Part shown: positions 48,212-62,355 of the stretch, in pieces
Position numbering within the stretch: position 1 is the first letter of the stretch
How the letters are laid out: the number at the start of each line of letters is the position of its first letter
NCBI GenBank assembly: GCA_964188305.1
Contig: OZ076893.1
Origin: Podarcis bocagei
Taxonomy: Eukaryota
Strand: one strand, 5' to 3'
DNA: 64,000 nt
Program-made: the position numbers and the translations under genes
Notes under the pieces: generated by a model
Databases searched by the model: none
What the model was told of the DNA's origin: nothing
Seen by the model: the letters and a program-made list of their open reading frames with translations, nothing else

Positions 48212-50586
48212 TCTGTTCAAGAGGGATAACAGGCAAAGGAAGTAAAGAGGACCTTTCTTCATAAGAGACAGGAAAGGTCTAACAAAAAGAGGATAAGTGC
48301 AAGTAAAGAGTTCATTGGGCACAAGATAGGCAAGTAGAAACCAATCAGAAGGAGTGCAGCAGAAGCTGGGTTGAAAGAAAGAAAGAGAGGAAAGTAACAG
48401 ACTTTGGTTGAGGTGCAGCTGAGATGATGATTTACACTGCAATCCTTTACTACTACTCAAAAAACAATCCCCATTGAATTCAATGGAAATTATTGCAGGT
48501 AACTGCATATAGAATTGCAGCCTTATTTGTTTACAAATTTGTTCCTAGATTATGCTCACCTGACTGGGGAACAACTGAGCATAGTTAAAAGGGCTGCAGA
48601 ATAAAAGGGCTCCTTTGGAGGAAGGGTGGGATATAGATTGAATAAATAATAAATAATATTTATCTGGAGCCCCCTCCCTCCCTGCTGTTTGTTTGATAAA
48701 TTGGGAGTGGAAGGTATGTTGTGGGCTGTGTAAGATTAGGCAGTGTGCCAGGATGTAGCCCAAGGCATGCAGTTTGCACGTCTGAACAATAAATATTTTT
48801 TTTTAAATTGGAGGCTATGCATACTGATCAGAGAATGTGCATACTGCCCACAGATTGTACAAAATGCAGTCTACATATCTGTATTCCACAAAGTCTGTTG
48901 GATATTATGCATAACAGTGAGAGAGTGTACAAAATTTAATACATTCTGGAGGAGTTGCTGCAATGGAACCTTGCATAGAGTAGAAAAGAATTTGCTCTCC
49001 ACCACAAGAATGAGTTTGAAAGCTTTACTGCAGAACAGTTTAAATTTAAAACATTGCAAAATACAAAGTAATACATTGCTCCTAAACAAACAAGCAACGA
49101 GGTCCAGTCTTCTTTAAGTCCTTAATTCAGTTCAATAAACTTTTTCCTCTCTTTCTGGTCCCAACTTTCTTGTTCACCATCATGGAACTTAGCCACTACT
49201 GCTGTTGCAGCGGGTCCATTGCTGATGCCAGGATGAGTCATGAATTAGCCGAAAGATTGAAACTGAAGCATCCAACCTTTGCTGCTGCTTTTGCCATAAT
49301 GAAAACTCCTGTGCCTAATGCAAACTTCTCTTTGCAAAATGTATTCAAACACAGTGCATACAAACATTGCATTTTATGCTGTTATATATTTAACACATCC
49401 CCCAAGGCCTGCTGGGAATTATGTATACTGTCCTGGAAATGTGTACACCTCCATCTTCATGGAAGAAATATGTGGCACCTTTTTCATGAGGCCTGTTAAA
49501 GTGTACACAATGGCTGCTTTTACGCACATTAACTGATCAACTCACATTCCCCTTAACATAACCTGGCTGAGTCACATGATGATCCGGTACATCAGCTACC
49601 CACATGAATGTATCACATTCATATTTTGTCTTTGGCATTCATAGGATAACAGTGTTGAGCTGTTACCACAAGTCACACAATTTAATAAGGGCTTCTTCTT
49701 TTTAGCTGGTTTGATTGTGGCTTATTTAATCTGACCTTTCCTGCATCTTTTGAAAAGTTATCCTGTTGCACTTAACATCCTTCAAGGACTCTCATCACTC
49801 CCAATGCTGAGATAATTTGAGAGTTGGAATAGGAGCCCAGCACCCCAAAAGGAAATGGTTGGCATGAATTTAAAGTTGTACATTATTTTTCAGCCCAAAC
49901 TTAAAGAGAATCATTAATTGCTTTTTGGGTTTTTTTAGAATGGGAATGAAGATTCTGTGAAAGATCACCTCACTGTAGGATGCCTATAAAATCATATAAA
50001 AAGATCTTTCCTCATGGGTAATTACTCAAAAATGTCTTTTAGAGCTGTCACCACGAAAAGGTCATAACCAGAAACCATACAGGGATATCTGGCTTGCTGA
50101 AGTTATAAATAAAGAGAAATGGTAGCATAGCTTATATGCCTCTGTAAGAGAACTGCTGCTTATTATGTATTATTTACTTCCACCTATTACAGCTGCACAG
50201 AGAAGTCCCCTTCAGGCTGCGGGTCCCTATTTTTGCTGTGATAGATGATAAATTTGAAGGGGATTGAAGGTGAAAAGGGTAAAATTCTAGCTTTACTTTA
50301 AAAAAAAAATAGAAAAATAAAGCTGTTCTCTTCTCGATCAGACTGGACTTTTCATTGCCTAAATGTCCCGCAAGAAGTTTAAGAGCCGTTCCATGGACCC
50401 CACTTAGATGAACTCCAGCCCCCTACTCCTATATGGTGTGGGAATAAGTGGGCATCAGATATTGTGATACAATCACACTTTCTCTCTGCTAATGCTTTTC
50501 GTGAGTTCCTCAACTCTTAAGCAAAGTGGCAAACCTTATCCAGGACTTGCAGCAGTTCTGCAATTCATTTAAGGAATCTTAAGTAA

Positions 50587-50933
50587 GGTGGCGCTGTGGG
50601 TTAAACCACAGAGCCTAGGGCTTGCCAATCAGAAAGTTGGTGGTTCGAATCCCCGTGACGGGGTGAGCTCCCGTTGCTTGGTCCCTGCTCCTGCCAACCT
50701 AGCAGTTCGAAAGCACGTCAAAGTGCAAGTAGATAAATAGGTACCACTCCGGCGGGAAGGTAAACGGCGTTTCCGTGCGCTGCTCTGCTTCGCCAGAAGC
50801 GGCTTAGTCATGCTGGCCACATGACCTGGAAGCTGTACGCTGGCTCCCTCAGCCAGTAAAGCGAGATGAGCTCTGCAACCCCAGAGTCGTCCGCGACTGG
50901 ACCTAGTGGTCAGGGGTTCCTTAACCTTTACCT
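50587..50933 (+). mobile_element. Sauria SINE, slightly 5'-truncated
   Basis: TSD TTAAGTAAGGTGGC (50579-50592 / 50934-50947) overlaps the SINE head. Confidence 0.93.
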
Positions 50934-51388
50934 TTAAGTAAGGTGGCATAGCGAGGTGCTGCTGTGGAGCTGCTCTCATGTCACCAGTGTTGCTGCTTCT
51001 TATCTGGATGTTGTGGGGGCAGAGTGGTGATGAGGTCTGGGCTGCAGAGGTGCACCAGCAGGGGCTACAGATTAGCTATGCTAGTGCAATCACACAGCCC
51101 CAGCTTTGCTGCTACCCTGCTACACACCACACACCTTCCAAGTAAGTGGCATTGACTGAGGTGCTCAGAGGCTGCCTCTGCAGTTCCACACATCATGCTG
51201 CTGTTGCCTGCACATCTCTTGCCTGAACTGCTGAACTGCAGGAAACCCAGGGTTTAAGGCTACTGCAGGATAAGACTGCCAGCATGGACAAGTTGCTTGC
51301 AGGAGTGTGGCTTGTCCACATTCTGGTTTGGCCTTCGTGGCTAATAATGTTCAGCAGAAGGGAATGGCTCCAGGAGGTAACATACACC

Positions 51389-51532
51389 CAGTGGCGTAGC
51401 GTGGGGGGTGCAGGGGGGGCCGGCCGCACCGGGCGCAACATCTGGGGGTTAGGGTTGGGCGCAAATCCACGGGTTAGGGGGCGCAAATTACTTGCCTTGC
51501 CCCGGGTGCTGACAACCCACGCTACGCCACTG
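51389..51532. mobile_element. Young 144-bp hAT (Tip100-like) MITE
   Basis: TIRs CAGTGGCGTAGCGTGGG / CCCACGCTACGCCACTG; perfect 8-bp TSD CATACACC. Confidence 0.92.
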
Positions 51533-52499
51533 CATACACCTCCTTGCAAGAGGAGATGGCCCCGACTGCCTTGAAAGAGGCAATTGTGAGTCTGCACTTT
51601 AGAGGCCCTCATTGAAAAAAGAGACAACGCGTGTACTTTTGTAAACCAAGAAAATCTTTATTAGTATTATTATTTTTAACCCTCATGGGATCCTGAGGAT
51701 TAAAACAATTGATCACAGATATTCCCTTTTGGGCAAGTTGGAAGAGTTGCTTCAAGACACTCTCAAATGACTGGTTATTTAGATCCGTTTCAGCCTGGTT
51801 CCAGGCCTGATTTTGGCACAGAAACTGACTTGGATCACTCTGGTGATTGATGCATGTTGGGAGAAAGAGGTCAGAGTAGCTCTGCTCATTCTCACGGATG
51901 TCTTTTAGGCTTTAGGTGATGACCACAGTGGTCATCACTTTTTGATTGCTTGAAAGCATAGGGCAGATTTAACACAGTGGCTTATCTTAAGAAAAAGCCA
52001 GCGTCACAACAGAAATTTGTCTCCAGAATTTCAGTTCATTCCTTTTTAATAATATGCTAGCAAGCGGTCCTCACTTTTAAAAATTAAAATTATTTAAAAA
52101 CAGTATTTTTGCTTGATAATAGTGTGTAAAATCATGGCTATTATTTGTAGCAATTTGCTGCTGCTTCACCAAAGATATAGATCACTGGTTTCACTGTGTT
52201 CCGTAACACTAAGCAATTTATTTATTTTTTTGAAAAATTGTAAATGCACTTTTAAAAATATAAGGACTTGCAAATACACAGCTTCCTGGAACAGATCCAT
52301 CAAATATCTATGTGAGTACTTGATAATGCTGGGTAGTTCTTCTGAGATTTGGAAATTTGTAGGAAACAAGACACTTATTTAAACTTCAGTAATAAGTGAT
52401 TTAAGTATTGCTAATATCTAAGCAGCCCTGACGGGCTTTGCAATAACCGTGAGTGGTCAGAATCCAACATCCATTTCCCACTCATATTGTGCTATATTA

Positions 52500-52869
52500 G
52501 GGACATGGGTGGTGCTGTGGTCTAAACCACTGAGCCTCTTGGGCTTGATGATTGAAAGGCTGGCAGTTTGAGTCCACGCAACAGGCTGAGCTCCATTGCT
52601 CTGTCCCAGTTCCTGCCAGCCTAGCAGTTTGAAAGCACACCAGTGCAAGTAGATAAATAGGTACTGCTGTGGTGGGAAAGTAAATGGTGCTCTGGCACTC
52701 ATCACAGTCCTCTGTGTGCCAGTAGCAGTTTAGTCATGCTGGCCACCTGACCCAGAAAGCTGTCTGTGGACAAACACTGGCTCCCTTGGCCTGAAACGAG
52801 ATGAGTGCCACACCCCATAGTTGCCTTAGACTGGACTTAGCCATCCAGGGGTCATTTAACTTACCTTTA
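52500..52869 (+). mobile_element. Sauria SINE, older CpG-decayed copy
   Basis: GGGACATGGGTGGTGCTGTGG ... TTTACCTTTA. Confidence 0.88.
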
Positions 52870-54975
52870 TATTGGTTGACTTTTAACTGTTGGTTAATCT
52901 CATTCAGAAGCCTCTCAAAGCACTATTGGTTTGATCTGCATCTTTCATCTCTTAATTCATTATAGAGTAGTGAAGAAATTTGTACTAAAAATAGCCTCCT
53001 AGTTTGATTCTGAGTTGTAAAGTTCACTCCTTCCTGTTAAAAGTAAAATGGGAGAATTTCTTTTTTTAAATGAAGTTGCATATTAGTGAGATTTGTACAG
53101 AACAAAGAAGACAACTTAATATTGCAATAACAGCGCTGATTCGTGGTAAACTTGTATCTGCCATTGATGCAACCACTCATGCTTAAAATCTCCCAGGGCA
53201 GATCTAAGAAGACCACCATGTTCAACAGTCAATTCCAATAACATTTGGAATAAGAGAATTATTGATGAGTTTCACATGAAAACAAACATGCATAGCTTGC
53301 AGCAGGAAATATCATTAGAAAAACATATGTCACTGGAAAGCTAGTGGGAATTTAGTCAAGCTGGAAGTATTCCTTGAAGATACTTGTGTGGCACAATCTG
53401 CAAAGGCACTTTGCTACTGAGCTTGCATGATAACAAATGTGCTATTCTGGAAAAAAGCCATATTTGAAGATATACAGTACATTTGTACCAGGAATGCAGA
53501 ACTTTCAGATGTTTGTGGACTCAACTTCTTTCAGCCCCAGTCAGAATGGCCAATGGCCAATGGTCAGGGATGATGGAAATCGTCTAGATACAGTCTAGCA
53601 GAGGGCCACAGATTCCTCAACCTTGATTTATAGCTGTGTCATTTGCTAGCCTGTGGTTTTTAATTGGTTTCCCCAAACCATGATATGAACAACAGGGGAA
53701 GTCAGAAAAGTCAGCTCAGCTGATGATATCAGGTAGCTTGAAACTCTCTACTAGGAGTGGTCTATTTTATTATCTTACCTGATCTGGATTGAAATCTTTG
53801 TGTATGGCAAGGTACTGGGTCTTTAAGGACTGGATCAAACTAAATAGTTGTGCTAACTGGCATCCGTGCAATGAGTCCTGCTAGTTCACTGGGGCTTTCC
53901 CCCTCCTCTATGCCCTGAAATCAGCTTGGATAGGTGAGGGGAACCCTCAGAACAGTGCATGGGGGAAAGGAGATCATTCCATCTAGCAAGCAGAAAGACT
54001 TGTGCTGACAGAATGAACATATTAGCACAATGTTGACTTCCATCCTAACCCTTTACCTTCCTTGCAATCCAAATTTGGATTGAAGAGCAAATTACTTATA
54101 AAAAGCCATCACACATTTCCTAATCAATTATTAGTTGAGCTTTCCATTCTTTACATAGAGGGTGACTCAAAATTGACCGTGCAGCTGGAAACTCCATAGT
54201 ACAGGTTGTTGTTTTTTTGTGTGTGTTTTTAAAGCTGGGTTTCTCACTGTCACAAAATCTGTTTTGCAAACTGGGATTTGTGTTTGTGGTCTTTAGCACA
54301 TCATCACCATGTTTTTGAACAAAACTTCGCATCCAGCTTTCAGGACTTGCATTGAACTAATCTTTTATAACTTTTCAAAATTCATTATGCTTTCATAATG
54401 TGGTAATGAAAATGATTTGAATTTGAGTTTTGCCTTTCTCCAGAGACATTTAAAAAATTATAATCTAAAACCATAGGCCTCATTTGGGCAATTAGCTTCT
54501 TTCCAGACTGCTTTACAAACACAATCATTTTCTGTGTGAAATTCACAAGTCACAACAGATATTTTTTTCCAAGGTCAAAGGGTTTCATTCAAGTGGTGGC
54601 AAGCTTAAGATGTGATCACACATTTCCACTTATTTGTTTGCAGTCTGTGTGAGAGACAGGAGAGAATTCCCCCGGATGCAACCATTTTTTTGAAGGGGGA
54701 GGGTGCTAGAATGAGTATGGTTAGAAAAAGAAAAATTCCTCCATACTTGAGATTGATTGTTTGAGTAACTAAATGGAATACAATGTCTAAAGAAATTGGA
54801 AGTGTAGTAATTCATTCTGTTCTGATGAAACTGTTCTGAAGTGTGGACTTGAGAGCCAGTGTTAAGTGTGGGGAAGTAGTCTGGGGCATAACCTTTTGGG
54901 GGATGAGGAAAATTACCCCAAGCCTCATGCATGAAGGAGGCCACATCAACTATGGCAATCAACCATATAGATTGG

Positions 54976-55799
54976 CTTCTTTTTATTCTTTGGCGATCAC
55001 TCGTAGCTGAGTAAGATTGTCTTCCATAAACACGGTTTAACAATGAGTCCGTAAGTGACTGTGGAGGCCAATTCTGGATCCACACGTCCTTCCACAGTGG
55101 GGACATTGATTTCTGGGGGGGAGTTGATCACAGTGTGGATTTGCCAGGCGTGCCTTTCTCTTATTATTATTATTTTTTATAAAATTTTTATTGGTTTTAC
55201 AAAGTTTTAAACAACAAACAAACACTTAAAAGAACAAACATACATGTATAGTTTCATCACCTATTTTCATAAACCTCTTTTCTCAGACTTCCCCATACCC
55301 CCCCTTTCTGCATCCCAGTGTCCATATTTTTATAGCAACTCCCAACTGTTACTCTCCGCCTCTGTCATCTTAGTCCTCTCTATATTCTGACCTTGTATCA
55401 CTGTATCCCTTTGTTTCTGAAAACCAGAACACTTTAACATTCATTAAGTTTATAATAGTCCTTAAGATAGCTTTTAAATTTTCTCCACTCTTCTTCCACC
55501 GTCTCTATTCGTGGTGTGCCTTTCTCTTAGCATGTTTCTTCCTTGCATCCTGAGTTTGAGTGTCTTGAAAGCCCATGACACCTTTGGTAAAGACTGTTCT
55601 CCAATTGGAGCACTCGCAGGCCAGTGTTTCCCAGTTGTCAGCGTTTATACTACATTTTTTTTATTTGCTTTGAGACAGTCTTTAAACCTCTTTTGTTGAC
55701 CACCAGCATTACGCTTTCCATTTTTAAGTTAGGAATAGAGTAATTGCTTTGGAAGACGATCATCAGGGATCTGCACAACCTGACCAGTCCAACAAAGAT
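54976..55799 (-). mobile_element. RTE-clade LINE 3' fragment interrupted by L1
   Basis: Same family as 7975-8535; CPHCGRTCGSRIGLHSHLRTH zinc finger. Confidence 0.85.
55164..55512 (-). mobile_element. L1 LINE 3' end
   Basis: ORF2 end VEEEWRKFKSYLKDYYKLNEC*; A-rich tail; 17-bp TSD GGCGTGCCTTTCTCTTA / GGTGTGCCTTTCTCTTA. Confidence 0.8.
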
Positions 55800-56270
55800 T
55801 GGCATTGCCATACTGTTGCCCCCTTTCCTCCGCCTTGAATCCCAGTAACCGAAGCATGATAAGCTTCATCGGGGAAAACACGCGTACATTCCTTTATTTT
55901 TCTGTGCTGCTTTTCCATACTTCAAACCATGCTCAAGGTGGCTCACAACATAAAAAATACACAATTACAACATAACAAAAGTAGTCACAAACAATAAATA
56001 AAACATGTCCAAATTGAGCACTTTCCACATAAATCTTATATAAAACTAAGACACAAAAAGCAACAACCCTTCTCTCCCCACAACAATACCCCCTAAAGAG
56101 TCTGTTCAGCAGCCATAGCTTTTGTAGCTGGAGTCAATCAGGATTCTGCCCTCCCAGGCCAATTGGAAAAAGACCTGCAGGGCAGAGAACAGGAGTCACA
56201 ACCATGAAACAAACTCTGCTGTGGGGTAGTCATATCTTTTTATGCACTAGCTAAATTACTTACATTAGAA

Positions 56271-56342
<72 letters not shown>
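56271..56342. repeat. Compound (AC)n(AG)n microsatellite
   Basis: Direct reading. Confidence 0.95.
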
Positions 56343-56344
<2 letters not shown>

Positions 56345-57355
56345 GGCTGTTAGTGTACCACCAGTTAGACTTACAGGGCAATCTTTTGCATGTCTACTCA
56401 GAAGTAAGTCCCACTGAGTTCAGTGGCAATTTCAGTTTGTACATGACTGCAGAATTAATGTTTCAGAAGTGGAGTCAGCTACTCCAACACCTCATCAAGA
56501 AAAATAGCAATTGGTCCAGTTTCTCCACTTTTGGGCCATTCTGGGAGGAGTCAGGAGGCTTGACAGAGGTTTGTGCTTTAGTCCTGGTGCCAAATGTTGT
56601 ATTTTGAGCCAATCTGGAATTTTAGTGCACCAAGCATGCCTTCATTGTTTTCATATGCCCTTTACACCCAAAACAGACAGTGGCGCTCTGTAATCTTTGG
56701 CCACTTTGAAATATCTGGTTCCAGTGCTTTAGAAGCCAAAAGGGCTTCTAAAACCTCTTTAGGAAAAAAATAAAAATAAAAGTTGTTAGATCTCATGGTA
56801 AATGACTAAGACAACAAGGAAAACAACAATTTCATTTCCATTTATGTGTATTAAGGTAGTGTAATAAACAATCTCATCTTCATTCTCTTCTTTTGACAAG
56901 GTTTATGTTGTGACAAGTGTGTGCATGATATTAGTCATACGTAGGGAGTGGGGAAGAAATTCAGTTCAGTGTGCATTTAAAGCCTGAGCTGTCAATTTCA
57001 CACTTTCAGAAACTCTATGTGAACTGAAACACAGCTAACCTTTGAAAATCACACTTATCTGAATTTTTGGTGCAGTTCTCCATCCAAACAATGTTTACAA
57101 AAATGCATATATTAGGGGAAAGTGTACATAAAAATGAAGATATTAGTGAAATGTTGCGGGGGGGGGGCATCCCCCTGTCACCGTCCTCTATCTGGCTCTG
57201 TCTAGCAGATTCAGAATGAAATGTTTTGAATTACTTTCTTTTGACCCCAAATGCTCAGAAAAACCTGTCAAAATCTTCAGTCATTTGAAAACTAGAATTT
57301 TTTTTTTTAAAAAAAATAACATCAGGGAGTACCTTCCATGTGGTTAACAAGTATA

Positions 57356-57572
57356 CAGTCATACCTTGGATCTCAAACACTTTGGCTCCTGAACCAATCG
57401 GCTCCCAAATGATCAAAACCTGTAAGCGAATATTCCAGTTTTCGAACAATTTTTGGAAGCCGGACATCCAGTGCAGCTTCAGCGGCTTCCGATTGTCTAC
57501 AGGAGCTTTTGATGTTTTGAAAGTCAAACAGACCTCCGGAACGGATTCCGTTTGACTTCCAAAGTACGACTG
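57356..57572. mobile_element. Tc1/mariner MITE, family B-like
   Basis: TA-CAGTCATACCTTGGA ... TCCAAAGTACGACTG-TA. Confidence 0.8.
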
Positions 57573-59579
57573 TATTTTGCAAATAAACTGAATAAGCTGA
57601 ACTATATCATTGACTGAAGCCCCAGGGCTTTCTGCAGTATAAATAGCCTGTGGGAAACTTTCGGTTGTTCCTAGATAGTCGCTGCAGGTGCACGCTCAGG
57701 AGAAAATTCCAGAAGCTATTAGAAGCATCCAGAACTGAGCTACCTGTGAAACGATTGGTCAGTTCACGGAAGACACGTCTGTTGCCCAGTTGGGTTGCCA
57801 TTTGTGAAACTAGAATGTCCATAACATCATCCAAGTGACGTCAGTCAGCATTTCAATTTCAAACATTCTGATTATTTCTACTTTTAGCTAAGTATTATTT
57901 ATTTATTTACTTGATTTTGGGGGGGGGGCTGGTGACCACCTGGTGCACACACACACACACACACACACACACCAATTATGTCCATGACCTCCAGTGGCAA
58001 ATGAATGGATGAATCAAATGACCTTGCTCATGAAACAACAGGGAAGGACAGAAGTGAAGAGACATTACTATCTCATTTCTTCAAACAGGATGCCATTGCC
58101 CTCCCCTGAAGTCTTATTGAATCAGAGATACGCCTCCTTCTTATCCAATCAGCCAGATTCTCACTGGCCTTACGGCATTTCACCATCAGTGCAGATGAGA
58201 ATTCCTCACCTGAAAATTCAGAGCCAGCCCTATCCATCTCCAGGGCACTGGGCTGCTCAAAAATGAAATGAAGTTGAGGCTCATTCTTCCAGGCCAGGGG
58301 GTGGACTTTACACTTTTGGCAGCAATGCCTGACATTGGTTGCCTCCTCCTTCATCTCTGCAAAGCTCATTTTTGCTTAAGAAACACGTCCTCCATGCTTT
58401 AAATGACTCATCATTGGCATGCCTCTCTGTTAAGAGTTCCCAAAGCTTTTGCAACCCAACGGAGTGAAAAGTTGAGAAACTGTGACTTTAATGTCTCCAT
58501 GCTCTGTATCACTGCACTGTACTCAAGGCAGCTGACACCTCCAGGCTTGACATGAATTTATTGTCATGAGCAACTTGCAGAGAGTGCAGCAAAGGAGCTG
58601 GAGGAACTGATAACATCTTGTCAAAACATCCTCCAGAACTTGGATATGTCCTCATTCTGAATGTGCCCCTGAAATGAAAGGCAAGCCATATCACCTGAAG
58701 CATTTAAACTGGCCTGACAACAATGTTTTGAAAATAATCCAGCCTGGGGAGGGATGGTCCCCTGTGATTCTGAACCTTCCCGGATAATGATAGAAAATTC
58801 AGAAACCACTAAGAAATTCTACTTACTTTTTAAAAGGTACAATGATTTTCTGTACACTTTCCTTCCCTCTCTTATTAATCAGTACAGCTCTCTAACACTA
58901 TAAGTCTCTAGCTAATAAAATGACACTCTAACTAATTATATAATTCTGTTATGCAGTAACTCTCTAATTCAATAACGTCCTGACTCTCTGTCTCCCTCCC
59001 TCTGCTTCCTCTGTCTTCGAACTCCCCTCAAAGATATGCTTTCACCAAAGACTTGTGGCAAGTCACCCAGCTGGATGATGTGTCACAATGAAAGCTATGT
59101 TACTGTTACTTTGCAACCTTGCTCAGCAGTGGTCTTCTTAATATTAGTTTTGCATAGCTTTCAGTGGATCTTTATTTTTATTTACCTAAAAGAACTCTAG
59201 ACCACCCTTCTTCTTGTGATGCCCAGTGCAGTGTCCAATCATAAAAAATTATAAGAAATCAGCATAATATCCTTCAAACAAAAATAATACACAACTGTTG
59301 AGGTAGGACAGAGGACAGCCACACAATCCCTGGGGAAATGAAAATTGCGTAACCTGGTGACAGAAAGATTGTAGAGTAGTTAAGTATTCCATATGTGTTT
59401 TCCTTCATGAGCATCTTTGGCTTTGTAAGTGCCATCATCTGGTTTCTGCCTACGCATGGAGATATTAAAACAATGAACACATTTTTGCACATTCCAGGTT
59501 GAGTCTCTTTGGCACCCAGAATACTTTGCATTTGATGGGTCTGAGACTGTTGCAATAGTGGTTTGAAGAAAGTTTACAG

Positions 59580-59715
59580 CAGGCAGGGCCAAACTTTGTC
59601 CTCCAGCTGTTTTGGGACTACAGTTCCCATCATCCCTGACCCTTGGTCCTGTTAGCTAGGGATGATGGGAGTTGTAGTCCCAAAACAGCTGGAGGGCCAG
59701 GTTTCGCCATGCCTG
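59580..59715. mobile_element. Palindromic hAT-type MITE
   Basis: CAGGCAGGGCCAAAC / GTTTCGCCATGCCTG; perfect 8-bp TSD GTTTACAG. Confidence 0.88.
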
Positions 59716-61329
59716 GTTTACAGTAAGGAATTGGTTGGAACTTTTCCAAATAATACCACAGCTTTCTATTTCTATTTATTTCATAAAAAATATATACCAT
59801 TTGAATGTAAAAAAATCAAAATCAAAGCAGTTTATCTGCGTCTGCCCAGGAAAGGTACATGTCTCAGTGATGAAGCCACATACATTGCATGCAGAAGGTC
59901 TCAGCATCTCCAGGTAAGACTCCACCTGAAACCCCAGAGTCCTGCTTCCCACCAGTGTAGGCAATGCTGCGTCTAGCTCAGTAAACATCTGGATCAGCAT
60001 AAAGCAGCCTCGTATATTCCTGTCTGCTGTCTTCAAAAATTGATTTTAGTTGCCCCAACAAGACACCAGTGCTCCTAGTGTCTGTTCTTTTCGGTACAAT
60101 TTTTTTCTTAACAGTTTGTTTCCAAACTTGCTTTTTCTTCTTTATACATCTGTGTATTTAACTTCTGCATCTTCCATTCTTGTACTCCAAGTTTTTTATT
60201 TATTTAGATAGATAGATAGATTGTACTTGTTAGTCAATAAACAAGCACCAAGTGCATGTCACGTTAGATTTGATCGGCAGAAATCCCCTTTAACATGTTT
60301 GCAACAAAATTCTTTGTCTGCTCATATTATTAATTATGAATCTCCTTTTACACATATTTTTGAAGGTGATATCCAGTCATATCATAAAACCAGCTAAAAT
60401 GCTTTTTTTATAAAAAAACAGTACAAAACAACTGGAAATGGGTTTAAAAGCAATAAAAAATTAACACCTAAGGCAAGAGACCTTTTCATCCAACGGGGAG
60501 GGGGGGGGATTAATGGAAAGCCAGAGATTTTACATACATATATCTTAGTTATCTGACATCAGTTTTGTGTGTATTATATAGTTGAGCGCCAACAATCCAC
60601 TACAAAGTGGCACATAGCCCTTGGACACTTTGCCAAGCGCATGAACTTTCTCAGTATGTGCATGATCTGGGAGCTCGTGACCTCCAATTGGAGCCCTGAG
60701 AAAAAAACTTTTTATTTGATTCATTATCCTCACTGAGGCCTTGTTCTCACAAATAGCATATGAGGTCATAAATCTGTGTCTGAACTGTACCAGTTCAGAC
60801 TGCCAGTGTTGGTTCACATGAATGAACACTGTCTCTGAATTAAAAAACAAAAGTAAATCACGGGCAGCAAAAACTGGATATCAGGAAGAAGGATTCTAGC
60901 CTAGCCATCTTCCTGACGTGCTAGCTTTATTGTGTATTGCAATTCTTTCTTTTTTCATAATGATAACATTCCATCATGTGCATTTGAAGTGGTCACGGCC
61001 AAGACATGCATTTAGCAACTGAGGTGCTGTTACTGGCTGGAATAGCATTCCAAGAGAAAAGGAATTGTCCGAATGCTGTTCATTTGCTTAATATGGCCAT
61101 TAACCATAATCCTCCCCATTCCTTGTTTAATGCTAAACTGCATTGCCAAACAAGCCATTTTCTCTATCAAAAGTTCATTTACAGTTTCTTTGAGGTACAG
61201 GTTCAGTTGAGGCTCTTGGTATTCTAAATCAAACATATAATTACAAACCATTCCCAAATTTCATAATAAGGTTTGATCATTTATTTTCATTAGTCTATTA
61301 GAACAATTTTGATTATCCTCTTTTTTTGG

Positions 61330-62163
61330 TTGTTGTCGTTTAGTTGTGTCCGACTCTTCGTGACTCCATGGACCAGAGCATGCCAGGCACTCCTGTCTTC
61401 CACTGCCTCCCGCAGTTTGGTCAGACTCATGTTTGTAGCTTCGAGAACACTGTCCAGCTATCTCATCCTCTGTCGGCCCCTTCTCCTTGTGCCCTCTATC
61501 TTTCCAAACATCAGGGTCTTTTCCAGAGAGTCTTCTCTTCTCATGAGGTGGCCAGAGTATTGGAAGCCTCAGCTTCAGGATCTGTCCTTCCAGTGAGCAC
61601 TCAGGGCTGATTTCCTTAAGAATGGATACGTTTGATCTTCTTGCAGTCCATGGGACTCTCAAGAGTCTCCTCCAGCACCATAACTCAAAAGCATCAATTC
61701 TTTGGCGATCAGCCTTCTTTATGGTCCAGCTCTCACTTCCGTACATCACTACTGGGAAAACCATGGCTTTAACTATACAGACCTTTGTTGGCAAGGTGAT
61801 GTCTCTGCTTTTTAAGATGCTGACTAGGTTTGCCATCGCCTTTCTCCCAAGGAGCAGTCGTCTTTTAATTTCATGACTGCTGTCACCATCTGCAGTGATC
61901 ATGGAGCCCAAGAAAGTAAAATCTCTCACTGCCTCTATTTCTTCCCCTTCTATTTGCCAGGAGGTGATGGGCCCAGTAGCCATGATCTTCATTTTTTTGA
62001 TGTTGAGCTTCAGACCATATTTTGCGCTCTCCTCTTTCACCCTCATTAAAAGGTTCTTTAATTCCTCCTCACTTTCTGCCATCAAGGTTGTGTCATCTGC
62101 ATATCTGAGGTTGTTGATATTTCTTCCGGCGATCTTAATTCTGGCTTGGGATTCATCCAGCCC
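61330..62163 (-). mobile_element. Bov-B (RTE) LINE, 5'-truncated, RT C-terminal half
   Basis: NINNLRYADDTTLMAESEEELKNLLMRVKEESAKYGLKLNIKK..; one frameshift; (CAA)n-like tail; approximate TSD CCT(A)CTTTTTTTGGT. Confidence 0.95.
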
Positions 62164-62355
62164 TTCATGCCCTACTTTTTTTGGTAGAAAACAGTAAAAG
62201 CTGGTTAAAAGCCATTAATTACCAACACGCTAGCTAGAATTTAGTTTTCCTGAGAAAGTTCCAATCCTCCTTGGAAGTAATGAACCAATAGAAGATGTTC
62301 ATACTGGACAATTCTTTTCTCAGTTATAAAGCTATAAACCCTTAAAAAATTACCT

